A DNA stretch of 40,740 nucleotides, taken from Saprospiraceae bacterium (GTDB lineage: Bacteria; Bacteroidota; Bacteroidia; Chitinophagales; Saprospiraceae). This document shows positions 1 to 8,077 of this stretch, one piece after another. The position numbers and the translations under genes are program-made. The notes under the pieces are model-generated. The model was given only the letters and a program-made list of their open reading frames with translations, had not been told where the DNA came from and searched no databases. Location of the stretch: positions 1 through 40,740 of the forward strand of contig JACMMM010000675.1 of assembly GCA_014379065.1 (NCBI GenBank). Direction: 5' to 3'. Every line of letters begins with the position of its first letter. Within the stretch, counting starts at the first letter, position 1.

Positions 1-185
1 TACTTCTTCGTAATGGTGTCAACGAAGTCGTTGAATTTGCCTTCGAGGTCCCCAACATAATCTTTCCCTTTTTTGGAAATCTTATTCCTTGTGGAGGAAC
101 CTTTATCCGGGGCCAATAATACCCCTAAGGTAGCCCCAACAGCAACGCCAGCCAATAGGCCCAATAATGCTTTTCCAGTGCTCAT
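1..185 (-). CDS. YtxH domain-containing protein (partial, runs off the window start)
   Basis: Hand translation from ATG at 185: MSTGKALLGLLAGVAVGATLGVLLAPDKGSSTRNKISKKGKDY..., containing the YtxH G-x-L-x-AP-x-x-G-x-x-TR motif. Not in the ORF track. Confidence 0.88.
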   Translation of the reverse strand, partial: MSTGKALLGLLAGVAVGATLGVLLAPDKGSSTRNKISKKGKDYVGDLEGKFNDFVDTITKK

Positions 186-281
186 GATTTTTATTTTTGA
201 ATGTGATTGTAATAATTTCAGTGTTCAAATTGACCCAAACTTGTTGTCAGTAATCTATTTGTACAACTGAATTGATTGTTT

Positions 282-467
282 TTAAATACGGATACTCGTC
301 AGTGAATCCAAAAGCCCAAAAGCTCGTAACAGCCATAATACAACAACGATAACGACCACCACATTGAGAATGTTTTTGATCTTGCGATCCATTGGTATGT
401 AGTTGTTTACGAGCCAAAGTAAGACACCGACTACAATTAGTACTAAAAGGACATTGAAAAGTGGCAT
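282..467 (-). CDS. Small two-TM membrane protein, Thivi_2564 family-like
   Basis: 61 aa, LIVVGVLLWLVNNYIPMDRKIKNILNVVVVIVVVLWLL pattern; TACCTTTG promoter upstream at 491-498. Confidence 0.8.
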   Translation of the reverse strand: MPLFNVLLVLIVVGVLLWLVNNYIPMDRKIKNILNVVVVIVVVLWLLRAFGLLDSLTSIRI

Positions 468-490
468 AACAAATATTTAATTGATGTTTA

Positions 491-557
491 CAAAGGTAGT
501 CGGCATTTTATTGCTTAAAATTACACAATTGCTAAAAAAAGTTACATAATTCACACT
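491..557 (-). promoter_or_regulatory. Bacteroidota -7 box (TACCTTTG, 491-498) plus operator copy 1 (521-557)
   Basis: + strand TTACACAATT-N10-GTTACATAATTCACAC; TTACA at 521 and 542 (21-bp period), 22 nt from the -7 box. Confidence 0.75.
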
Positions 558-568
558 TTAAATGTGTT

Positions 569-955
569 CTAAGGGTTTGGCTGAAAATAGTCTTTAACAA
601 AGGCGTGTTCTTGGTGCTCGGTCATTTTATCAGAGCTTTTAACGTCTATCTTGATTTTTGCAAAATGCTGGTCTGCTGATAGTAAGTTAAACAATTCGAC
701 TTTCGCATCTGTAGGCCCGAATAAGATGACCTCATCATATCCTTTGATCACTTCACCTAATTTTTTGTAATAATCCCCTTGTTGCTGTTGTTCCTTATTG
801 TGCATCAGGTTTTCACCTTTTCTCAAACTATGTTCCTTTTCCTGATGCGTAAATTTTGAGTCAAGGGTTTTTGTTTCGATCTGATTGTCTGAAAACTCCA
901 TTAAATGTGCACTGGAATGATCCATCCAGATACCTAGCCGCTTGATTGATTGCAT
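569..955 (-). CDS. eRF1 domain 2 / host-attachment-like small protein
   Basis: Probable start ATG 955 (MQSIKRLGIWMDHSSAHL); has the GIWMDH and EVILFGPTDAKVEL motifs typical of these stand-alone proteins; no GGQ. Confidence 0.6.
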   Translation of the reverse strand: MQSIKRLGIWMDHSSAHLMEFSDNQIETKTLDSKFTHQEKEHSLRKGENLMHNKEQQQQGDYYKKLGEVIKGYDEVILFGPTDAKVELFNLLSADQHFAKIKIDVKSSDKMTEHQEHAFVKDYFQPNP

Positions 956-956
956 T

Positions 957-1283
957 TTATTGTTGTTGATGATTGAAGTTAATGGCTTTGCGCTCTCTTG
1001 AGTCATGAATATTCAATATTTTTAACGATGTGATACAGGTATGATATAAAAGGCTTTTGGACAATGAGTTTTGGGTCTCCAGTAAATTTACGTTTGTCTT
1101 AAATTGAGAAAACATCATATTTAATATTTCATGAGATCGCTTTTCGTCGTTGATAACCCAAAGTATTGCAATATACAAGGTTGGTGCAAATTTGTCATGC
1201 AAATATTCCCATCCCAGAGAATCATTTTTCTGAATCAAGTAAATAATGTCGGTGTCAGTAATTGAGTTTTGAAAGTTAGCCAT
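957..1283 (-). CDS. Hypothetical protein resembling ECF sigma region 2 only
   Basis: WEYLHDKFAPTLYIAILWVINDEKRSHEIL resembles ECF F-x-x-LYD-x-Y-x-x-x-LY...AED-x-L; no region 4 is recognisable in 108 aa. Confidence 0.5.
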   Translation of the reverse strand: MANFQNSITDTDIIYLIQKNDSLGWEYLHDKFAPTLYIAILWVINDEKRSHEILNMMFSQFKTNVNLLETQNSLSKSLLYHTCITSLKILNIHDSRERKAINFNHQQQ

Positions 1284-1338
1284 TTTATTTTAGGTTCTAG
1301 TGCAGAAGCAGGGTTGCTTCAACTGAATTATTGCCTTG

Positions 1339-1404
1339 CAATTGTGTGCATCCTTCACAGGGTAAGCGTTACACAATTTTTGTGAATAGTTACAATATTC
1401 ACAC
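1339..1404 (-). promoter_or_regulatory. Weak -7 box (CACAATTG, 1339-1346) plus operator copy 2 (1369-1404)
   Basis: TTACACAATT-N10-GTTACAATATTCACAC; TTACA at 1369 and 1390; 22-nt gap to the -7-like box. Confidence 0.65.
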
Positions 1405-1431
1405 CTTTCAGTTAGTCTAGTCGCTAAACAC

Positions 1432-1459
1432 AAAAACCCGTCTCAAAAAAGAAACAGGC
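1432..1459 (-). terminator. Intrinsic terminator
   Basis: Minus strand GCCTGTTTC-TTTTTT-GAGACGGGT-TTTT; the stem works with G-U pairs on the minus strand only. Confidence 0.7.
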
Positions 1460-1515
1460 CTTGTGTAATAAAGCGTGATGAGGGTTTGGGCTGAGGTTAA
1501 AGAATCTGTGGGGTG
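1432..1515 (-). ncRNA. Candidate ~85-nt small RNA
   Basis: Lies between a -7 box with operator (1520-1586) and an intrinsic terminator (1432-1459); no ATG in between. Inferred only. Confidence 0.45.
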
Positions 1516-1519
1516 TTTA

Positions 1520-1586
1520 CAAAGGTCGGCGCTTAATCCGTGTATAATCATTACACAATTGTTGGAAATAGTTACATCATTCACAC
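1520..1586 (-). promoter_or_regulatory. -7 box (GACCTTTG, 1520-1527) plus operator copy 3 (1551-1586)
   Basis: TTACACAATT-N10-GTTACATCATTCACAC; TTACA at 1551 and 1572; 23-nt gap. Confidence 0.7.
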
Positions 1587-1609
1587 CTGTAGTCTGGGTT
1601 TGATTGAAG

Positions 1610-1675
1610 GTGTGAATAATGTAACTTTATGATAAAATTTTGTAACACTTTCGGGAAAACGCGCCTGCACCTTTG
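1610..1675 (+). promoter_or_regulatory. Operator copy 4 (1610-1646, opposite orientation) plus -7 box (CACCTTTG, 1668-1675)
   Basis: GTGTGAATAATGTAAC-N10-AATTTTGTAA; TGTAA at 1620 and 1641; 22-nt gap; upstream of the lmo0937-like gene. Confidence 0.75.
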
Positions 1676-1714
1676 TACTGTTCAAAATTTAAAAACAATT
1701 AAACAATCACAATC

Positions 1715-1870
1715 ATGGGGAATTTACTTTATATCATTGCCGTAATCTTAATAATAGGTTGGGCCGTTGGATTCGTTGGTTTTAATGCAGGAGGTCTTAT
1801 TCACATATTATTGGTGATTGCAGTCATCGTGATATTACTGCGGGTTATAAGCGGGAGAAACGCAGTGTGA
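1715..1870 (+). CDS. lmo0937 family small membrane protein (51 aa)
   Basis: Hand translation MGNLLYIIAVILIIGWAVGFVGFNAGGLIHILLVIAVIVILLRVISGRNAV*; GGLIHILLV signature; below the ORF track cutoff. Confidence 0.9.
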   Translation: MGNLLYIIAVILIIGWAVGFVGFNAGGLIHILLVIAVIVILLRVISGRNAV

Positions 1871-1912
1871 CAGCTCGACCCGACCATCTATTGGCTTCAA
1901 CCTTATTTCGCT

Positions 1913-2530
1913 ATGAAAAGCAAAACATGTTACCTCGTTTTAGCAGCTCTTTGCTTCGCTATACTGGTTCTTGTTGCAGACGAAACGAGCGCACAGGCTG
2001 TAAAAGGCGAATCCTACAGAGCAGAGACTCCTTTCGGGGGCGATGTAAAATCCGTTTCTGCGCGGATTGCCGCTATGTATAGTGCCGATGCACCTACTGT
2101 TGAACGATTTGTGCAAGCCGCCATCAATCTTGAAGGTCGTATGGGCATCGCTGCGCCCGTGGTTATTGCCATTGCGATACACGAATCCAGTTTCAACAGC
2201 GAACTTTTTAAAAATGCAGGTAATCCCTTTGGTATCCAAGCGAGCAAACCTTGGGTTGGGCCAAGCTTCACAAAATTGGATAATGGTCAGCAGACTAAAT
2301 TTAGAAAGTACAGTTCTGCGGAAGAAGCAGTTTTGGACTTTGGCAATTTCGTCAAAAACCGCACTTGGTATGCTGATGTATTTACCTGTCCTGTGGACGA
2401 TTCTCGCTGTGTGGTAGACGGATTGAAGAAAACAGATTTGGAACTTGGGTATAGCATGAACCCCAATTGGGACGAGTCTGTCATGCAAATTATTCAAAAA
2501 GTGAGGCTTCAGGAGTTAGCCACTCGTTGA
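1913..2530 (+). CDS. Secreted glucosaminidase-domain (GH73, FlgJ-like) peptidoglycan hydrolase
   Basis: Signal peptide; IAIHESS catalytic Glu, NPFGI, FRKY and GYSMNPNW (YATDP-like) motifs. Confidence 0.8.
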   Translation: MKSKTCYLVLAALCFAILVLVADETSAQAVKGESYRAETPFGGDVKSVSARIAAMYSADAPTVERFVQAAINLEGRMGIAAPVVIAIAIHESSFNSELFKNAGNPFGIQASKPWVGPSFTKLDNGQQTKFRKYSSAEEAVLDFGNFVKNRTWYADVFTCPVDDSRCVVDGLKKTDLELGYSMNPNWDESVMQIIQKVRLQELATR

Positions 2531-2557
2531 ACATCCTGTTTGGCCGCCACCATTCGC

Positions 2558-2592
2558 AAAAAAGCCGCTCCGTGACCCGGGGCGGCTTTTTT
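2558..2592. terminator. Bidirectional intrinsic terminator
   Basis: AAAAAA-GCCGCTCCG-TGACC-CGGGGCGGC-TTTTTT between convergent genes. Confidence 0.88.
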
Positions 2593-2634
2593 ATTGCTAT
2601 TTTCTGCTTAAATTGTTCGGGTTATTCTGAAAGC

Positions 2635-3195
2635 TTATACCTCATCAAGCCCGCCAAGGCGTTTTTGCTTCAGCTTTTTGAAGTGAGAAGGAGTAAGTCC
2701 TGTCACCTTTTTGAACTGGGTGGACAAATGCGCCACACTACTATAATTCAACAGGTAGGAGATCTCCGTAAGATTGAGTTCGTCATAAACGATCAATTCC
2801 TTGACGCGCTCGATCTTGTGCGCAATGATATAATGCTCTATGGTAGTGCCCACCACCTCCGAAAACAGGTTAGAAAGATAGGTGTAGTCGTGCTGTAGTT
2901 TTTCGGCGAGGAAAATAGAAAAGTTGACTTTGGGCGGTGCTTCACTGTAATGCACCATTTCGACAATCACGTTTTTTATTTTTTCAATCAGGATGGCTTT
3001 TTTGTCATCCATGAGCTCCAGCCCTGATTTTTGTAGCCCAAATTTTAGTTGTTCCCGTTGTGACTTCGAGAGATCCTCCAAGATTTCTATTTCACCCAAA
3101 TCCACAATCACATAGTGAAGCCCAAGTTTTTTCAACTCCTCCTTCACTACCATCTTGCAGCGAATGCTCACCATGAATTTGACATACAATTTCAT
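2635..3195 (-). CDS. AraC-family transcriptional regulator (Bacteroidota type with HMA-like N-terminus)
   Basis: C-terminal LTEISYLLNYSSVAHLSTQFKKVTGLTPS AraC HTH; N-terminal MVSIRC; TACCTTTG promoter at 3219-3226. Confidence 0.93.
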   Translation of the reverse strand: MKLYVKFMVSIRCKMVVKEELKKLGLHYVIVDLGEIEILEDLSKSQREQLKFGLQKSGLELMDDKKAILIEKIKNVIVEMVHYSEAPPKVNFSIFLAEKLQHDYTYLSNLFSEVVGTTIEHYIIAHKIERVKELIVYDELNLTEISYLLNYSSVAHLSTQFKKVTGLTPSHFKKLKQKRLGGLDEV

Positions 3196-3310
3196 CTCAT
3201 AGTTGGGACTTTAACATTCAAAGGTAAGAAAAATTAATGCGACTCTTTAATAATTACTCTAGCCGCGCTTACCTTAGTATGAGATTTGCAATTTTTTGCA
3301 ACAAGAACTG

Positions 3311-4231
3311 ATGACCGAAGTGCTCCCTTCTGCTGCTGAATGCCCGACTAAAAGTGCTGTGATCCAAGCACTCGCTTACTTCGAGGTTTTTTCCTACCCG
3401 CTCACGCCGGAAGAGATTTTTGCTTTTTGCGCCGAACCACGTTCAACACGGGAGGAAGTTTTTGACAGATTGCAAAGCCTTGTGGAACAAGGCAGTGCGT
3501 TCCAATTTGGTGGATTCTTCCAATTAAAAAAGGAGGCTTCGTGGGGGGGAAACCGCCGCGACTGCAACTGTCGCGCGGATAAATTTTTGCCCATTGCACG
3601 GCGCGTGGCGCGCTTCATTGGCTGTTTTCCATTTGTGCGCGGCGTGTTCGTGTCGGGTTCGCTCTCGAAGCATTGTATGAGGCCCGACAGTGACATTGAT
3701 TTTTTTGTGGTTACGGCGCCGGGCCGCTTGTGGCTCGCCCGAACCTTGCTGGTTCTTTTCAAAAAAATTTTCCTCCTAAATTCCCACAAATACTTCTGCG
3801 TCAACTACTTTGTGGATACGGAGCATCTGGAAATCGAAGAAAAGAATCGGTTCACCGCCACGGAATCCGTCACGTTATTGCCAATGTGGGGGCGTGAAAT
3901 TTACCTGGATTTTTGCCGAGCCAACGTTTGGGCATGGCAACGCTACCCGCATTTTGCCCAACGCCCAACAGTGGGAATTCCGGCCTATTCAAGAGGTTTT
4001 TTCAAAAAATTGTTGGAAAAAATGCTGACTGGAAAACTCGGTGACTGGCTCGACCGAAAAGCGATGCGACTTACCGTGTCCTTTTGGAAACGTAAATTCC
4101 AGGCAATGGACTCCGAGACGTTCGATCTTGCACTCAAATCGCGCCGGGGCGTGTCGAAACATCACCCGCTTCATTTTCAGCAAAAAGTGTTGGAGCGGTT
4201 TGAGGAGAATTTGCGCCGTTTAGGTCATTAG
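3311..4231 (+). CDS. Nucleotidyltransferase domain-containing protein (pol beta superfamily)
   Basis: VSGSLSK...DSDIDFFVV (GS + DxD) motif; ATG at 3311 preferred over the upstream TTG at 3296. Confidence 0.8.
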   Translation: MTEVLPSAAECPTKSAVIQALAYFEVFSYPLTPEEIFAFCAEPRSTREEVFDRLQSLVEQGSAFQFGGFFQLKKEASWGGNRRDCNCRADKFLPIARRVARFIGCFPFVRGVFVSGSLSKHCMRPDSDIDFFVVTAPGRLWLARTLLVLFKKIFLLNSHKYFCVNYFVDTEHLEIEEKNRFTATESVTLLPMWGREIYLDFCRANVWAWQRYPHFAQRPTVGIPAYSRGFFKKLLEKMLTGKLGDWLDRKAMRLTVSFWKRKFQAMDSETFDLALKSRRGVSKHHPLHFQQKVLERFEENLRRLGH

Positions 4232-4312
4232 GTCATTTGTCGTCATTGGGGTCATTGCGTCATTTTCAATAGCGATAAATGACCCCAATGACGACAAATG
4301 ACCTAAATGACG
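4222..4312. repeat. GTCATT/AATGAC short-repeat palindrome, probably terminator-like
   Basis: Perfect 29-bp arms at 4228-4256 and 4278-4306, built of GTCATT units, between convergent genes. Confidence 0.85.
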
Positions 4313-4320
4313 AATATCGT

Positions 4321-6819
4321 TCAACGCGCTCCCGTTTTTCTACTTCGGTCGTCAAACCCTTCCAATGGATATTGTTTTTCAAAAGCCTCCTCGCCAAGCA
4401 TCTCGCGCTGATAACTGATGAAGCGCAGGAAATTATCTGTAAAAACTTCAAAGTCATCCACTCGTTCCAGAGAACTTTCTGGATTTTGAAACTCCTCCAT
4501 ATTGATTTGGTCTTTCTCTCCAGCATCGGAAAGGAACAACTTGAACAATCGCGCTACCGCTCCACCAGCCGCTGCCGTCAACACTTTTCCTGATAACGAA
4601 ACAGGGGCGAGGGTCAATTCCACCACTTTTTTCACAGCTGCACTGTTGGCCTCGCTGGCAATTCCAGAATCTTGCGATGTGTTCACATAAGAGATGTAGA
4701 AGTAAAGAAGGTAAACGTCTTCGATGCTCAGACTGCCGCGCAGGTGGCAATATTCCACGAGCAAAAGTTTGGAGTTAGCATCTAATCGGCGACTGTCGCG
4801 AATGAGCGTTGCCACTTCTCGTGCCGCATGAGGCCAAGCCTCGCTTTTGGATTTAAAATCTTCAAAACCAAGGTATTGTGTGCCTTCCCACAAGTCGTGT
4901 TTCAGTTTTTGAGCGAAAGCGGTTTCCAAATGTTCGAGTGAATGGACGCCGCTACCGGACTGCACATTAGCCTTGAATTTTTCGAGCAGAGATTTGTTTA
5001 TTTCCGCCAAACGCTCCCGACGCAATAGCCAAGCCAGTTCCTTTTCGTCGTCTGGCTTCCAATAAAAGGCGTCCCACATTTCGTGATGCTCGAAAGACTC
5101 AGCAGGGTCGCGCACCTCAGCGATGGCTTGTGCGATTTCTCGGTAGTGCGCGTAGTGTAAAATGGGTGCGAGAAAATCTTCGCCTGGTTTTTCCAAGCGA
5201 AAAGGCCGCGTCGGGAAACCCTGCAAAAAGCCTTCGCCGGGTGTTAGATCTGCTTCTCGCTCGCGAATTTCAGCGATTTTGGCTTCCATATTATCTTCGT
5301 CTGCACTCATCATCGGCAAGGTCAGCAACTGCATATAGGCTGCGGGTAGGTAGTCGTCGGCCAGTTCAAAATACTCGTGGGCTTCTATTATTTGGTCATT
5401 TGCCCAGAGAATTTGCCCGGCGTAGTAGAGTTCGCGGAGAGCGTTGTTTTCGATAAGTTCTTCGCGGGTTTCTTCGATTTGCTCGATGGCATCTTCCAAA
5501 ATGACCGCATACTCCTGCCGGAATAACTTGGCCGATTCGATATAGTAGTACAAGCCCAGCAGGTTGAGCGGAACACCCTTCGCTTTTTCATCGCCCAGCA
5601 CTTCATCATAAATTCGGTAGGCTTCAATGCAGTCACCCATGTAGTGGTTCACAAGGGCAAGGGCATGGTAGTGGGCGAGGGGTTCGTGCTTTTCGCTGCC
5701 TGAGAGATTGCGCCATTCTTCCCAGCGTTTCCAAAGGCGGCATTGTTGGTAGGTGGTGTCTACGATGGGGTCGAGAGTGTTGAATTGATCGAAATCGTCG
5801 GTGAATTTTTCGAGGGTGCGGTGGAGGAGGTAAGGGGCGGGATTTTCGTGGTAGAAGTTGAAAATCGGCACAGGATTTTGAAAAAAGGATATTCGGTTAG
5901 CAAGATAGATAAAACGATTGACATCTAACTGCGATTGATAATAGTCCATGAGTAATCGATATGAAATACCACGAATTAAGTATGCCTCTTCATAGTTTGG
6001 GTCAATTTGAATTGCTTTTTCGCAGTCAGAAATCGCTGAATGGTAATCAGTTAAATTATAACGAGCAGCACTGCGATTGGCGTAAGCCATTGCAAGATTG
6101 GGGGCAATATTTAATGCATGACCATAATCAACTATCGCTGTATGATAACTTCCAAGGCTGGCTTTAGCAAGACCACGATTGTTAAACGCTAAGGCATTTG
6201 TTGAGCAAAATTCAATGGCACTGTCATAGTCTCTAATAGAAGCCTCTGTTTCTCCTGATTTATATTTGGCGAGGCCGCGATTGTTGTACGCATCAGAAAA
6301 TTTGGGGTCAATCTCTATTGCACGGTCATAGTCTTCGATAGCAAATGTTTTATAGCCTAAGCTATATTTTGCTTGGCCGCGATTACTATAGGATATCGCA
6401 TCTTTTGGGTCAAGATGGATGGCGTAGTCATAATCGGCAATTGCTGTTATATAATGCCCCAGGCGATATTTAACGAGGGCTCGGCATCCATATGCTTTTC
6501 CATAATTCGGATCAACCTTAATTGCTTGGTCATAGTCGGCTATGGATTCCTCATTGTTCGCCAATTCTAAATTAGCAATCCCACGACCAACATAAGCCGC
6601 TACGTACTTTGGGTCAAGATCAATTGCTTGATCAAAGTCATCAATGGCGCCTTCGTAATCTCCTAACCCTGATTTAGCTAGGCCGCGACCTATATATATG
6701 TTTACATAGGTTGGATCAACCTCAAAAGATTGTCCAAAAGCCTTGATTGCTTCTTCGTATTGGCCTTTTTCGTGTTTTTCATTGCCGATTCGAAACCATT
6801 CTTCTGCCGTATGTGCCAT
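4321..6819 (-). CDS. Tetratricopeptide repeat protein with an unrecognised C-terminal region
   Basis: About 9 tandem 34-aa TPRs (AY-x-NRG-x-A...AI-x-DYD-x-AI-x-x-DP) in aa 1-305; the rest is helical and not recognised. Confidence 0.88.
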   Translation of the reverse strand: MAHTAEEWFRIGNEKHEKGQYEEAIKAFGQSFEVDPTYVNIYIGRGLAKSGLGDYEGAIDDFDQAIDLDPKYVAAYVGRGIANLELANNEESIADYDQAIKVDPNYGKAYGCRALVKYRLGHYITAIADYDYAIHLDPKDAISYSNRGQAKYSLGYKTFAIEDYDRAIEIDPKFSDAYNNRGLAKYKSGETEASIRDYDSAIEFCSTNALAFNNRGLAKASLGSYHTAIVDYGHALNIAPNLAMAYANRSAARYNLTDYHSAISDCEKAIQIDPNYEEAYLIRGISYRLLMDYYQSQLDVNRFIYLANRISFFQNPVPIFNFYHENPAPYLLHRTLEKFTDDFDQFNTLDPIVDTTYQQCRLWKRWEEWRNLSGSEKHEPLAHYHALALVNHYMGDCIEAYRIYDEVLGDEKAKGVPLNLLGLYYYIESAKLFRQEYAVILEDAIEQIEETREELIENNALRELYYAGQILWANDQIIEAHEYFELADDYLPAAYMQLLTLPMMSADEDNMEAKIAEIREREADLTPGEGFLQGFPTRPFRLEKPGEDFLAPILHYAHYREIAQAIAEVRDPAESFEHHEMWDAFYWKPDDEKELAWLLRRERLAEINKSLLEKFKANVQSGSGVHSLEHLETAFAQKLKHDLWEGTQYLGFEDFKSKSEAWPHAAREVATLIRDSRRLDANSKLLLVEYCHLRGSLSIEDVYLLYFYISYVNTSQDSGIASEANSAAVKKVVELTLAPVSLSGKVLTAAAGGAVARLFKLFLSDAGEKDQINMEEFQNPESSLERVDDFEVFTDNFLRFISYQREMLGEEAFEKQYPLEGFDDRSRKTGAR

Positions 6820-6861
6820 AAGGTATTGATAATGAGGGTAAAAATATGGTAGTATAAATTT

Positions 6862-7281
6862 CGGTGCTACGCACCTTGTGTCGTGTTCTTTGGGGGATTT
6901 CTACCGACGTTTTGGCTGCTCTGCAGCGTGGCCTTGGCTTGGCTTTCCCATTGCCGCAGAGCGGCTTAACGTCGGTAGAATTGCGATTTTCGGTTTGATC
7001 AGAAGGTGCGTAGCACCGGAACTCAGTCGCGCAATGTCCCGGTGCTACGCACCTTTCCACACCTTCCCACTATTTTTCTACCGACGTTTGGCTGCTACGC
7101 AGCAAGCGCCAATACCAAGCGGTAACGTTGCTGCATAGCAGCCAAAACGTCGGTAGAAATCGTCATTGCGAATTGTTTAGGAGGTGCGTAGCACCGGAAC
7201 CCGGCGGCGCTATGTTGCGGTGCTACGCACCTTGTCACCTACCTATGCTATATTTCTACCGACGTTTGGCTGCTACGCAGC
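6862..7281. repeat. REP/REPIN-like array, left part: 2.5 units with a 178-bp period
   Basis: Units start at 6862, 7040 and 7218. Each is A (CGGTGCTACGCACCT), spacer, B (TTTCTACCGACGTTTGGCTGCTACGCAGC), spacer, inverted B, spacer, inverted A. The third unit has A-B only. Confidence 0.92.
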
Positions 7282-7326
7282 GACGCCATGGCTTGGCATT
7301 GCGCCCTGTTGCGAAACAAACAATCA

Positions 7327-7806
7327 TTATTCCCATTCCACCACATCTTCCCAAAAATCGAACAAATACTTTTCCTCAAACTCAATCTCTGCTTTTCTCA
7401 GCATTTCGAGATACTCCTCGCGGAATGATTTTTTGCGGTGATGCTCGTCTTGCCTTTCAATATATGTCGCTACGGCTGGCACTTGCGAACGGCTGTACGA
7501 AAACGCTCCATACCCAATCTGCCACGCAAATTTAAATGGCGACAATTTGTTGTCATTAATAAACTCATTGGAAGACGTTTTTATCTCTTCCACCAATTTT
7601 GGCAAAGGTTGAGAAGGTCGGTAGCCGATCAAGATATGAATATGATCGGGCCGGGAATTGATTTGCAGCATTTTATGTCCGTGGTTTTGGACAATCCCTG
7701 TGATATAAGCGTGCAAGCGTTCTCGCCATGATTTTTGAATCAGGGCCTGACGATGTTTTACAGCAAAAACTAATTGGAAATGAATTTGAGTGTAGGTGTT
7801 AGCCAT
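7327..7806 (-). mobile_element. tnpA: HUH Y1 transposase, IS200/IS605 superfamily, REP-associated (RAYT/TnpA-REP-like)
   Basis: PDHIHIL HUH motif, FAWQIGYGAFS and catalytic YI-x-x-Q; no tnpB; palindrome arrays on both sides. Confidence 0.92.
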
Positions 7807-7880
7807 TTGGCAGGATTTTGAAATGAATTGAACAAAAATAGGCCAAATCCTTTAAATAAACAACTCGCCGTGGCTAGGTT

Positions 7881-8036
7881 CGGTGCTACGCACCTTATGT
7901 CATTCCTCAATGGTCTTTCTACCGACGTTTTGGCTGCTACGCAGCGACACCTTGGTTGGCTTTCCTATTGCCGCAGAGCGGCTTAACGTCGGTAGAAATT
8001 GTGATTTTGGTTCGTTCAGAAGGTGCAGCGCACCGG
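7881..8036. repeat. REP/REPIN-like array, right unit
   Basis: A 7881-7895, B 7916-7945, inverted B about 7970-7998, inverted A 8021-8036. Confidence 0.9.
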
Positions 8037-8077
8037 AACTCTGCGCTTTGCTTTCCCAATTTCATTGCTTTTCCAAA

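Noticed and set aside
73..270. 65-aa plus-strand ORF
   Set aside because: It is antisense to the clearly recognisable YtxH gene.
3311..4231. CD-NTase (CBASS) or MNT antitoxin
   Set aside because: There is no adjacent effector or HEPN gene, and it resembles a common Bacteroidota nucleotidyltransferase family of unknown function.
6862..8036. CRISPR array
   Set aside because: The repeats alternate in orientation and are of two types, the spacers are only 20-26 nt and partly related, and no cas genes are present. REP/REPIN fits better.
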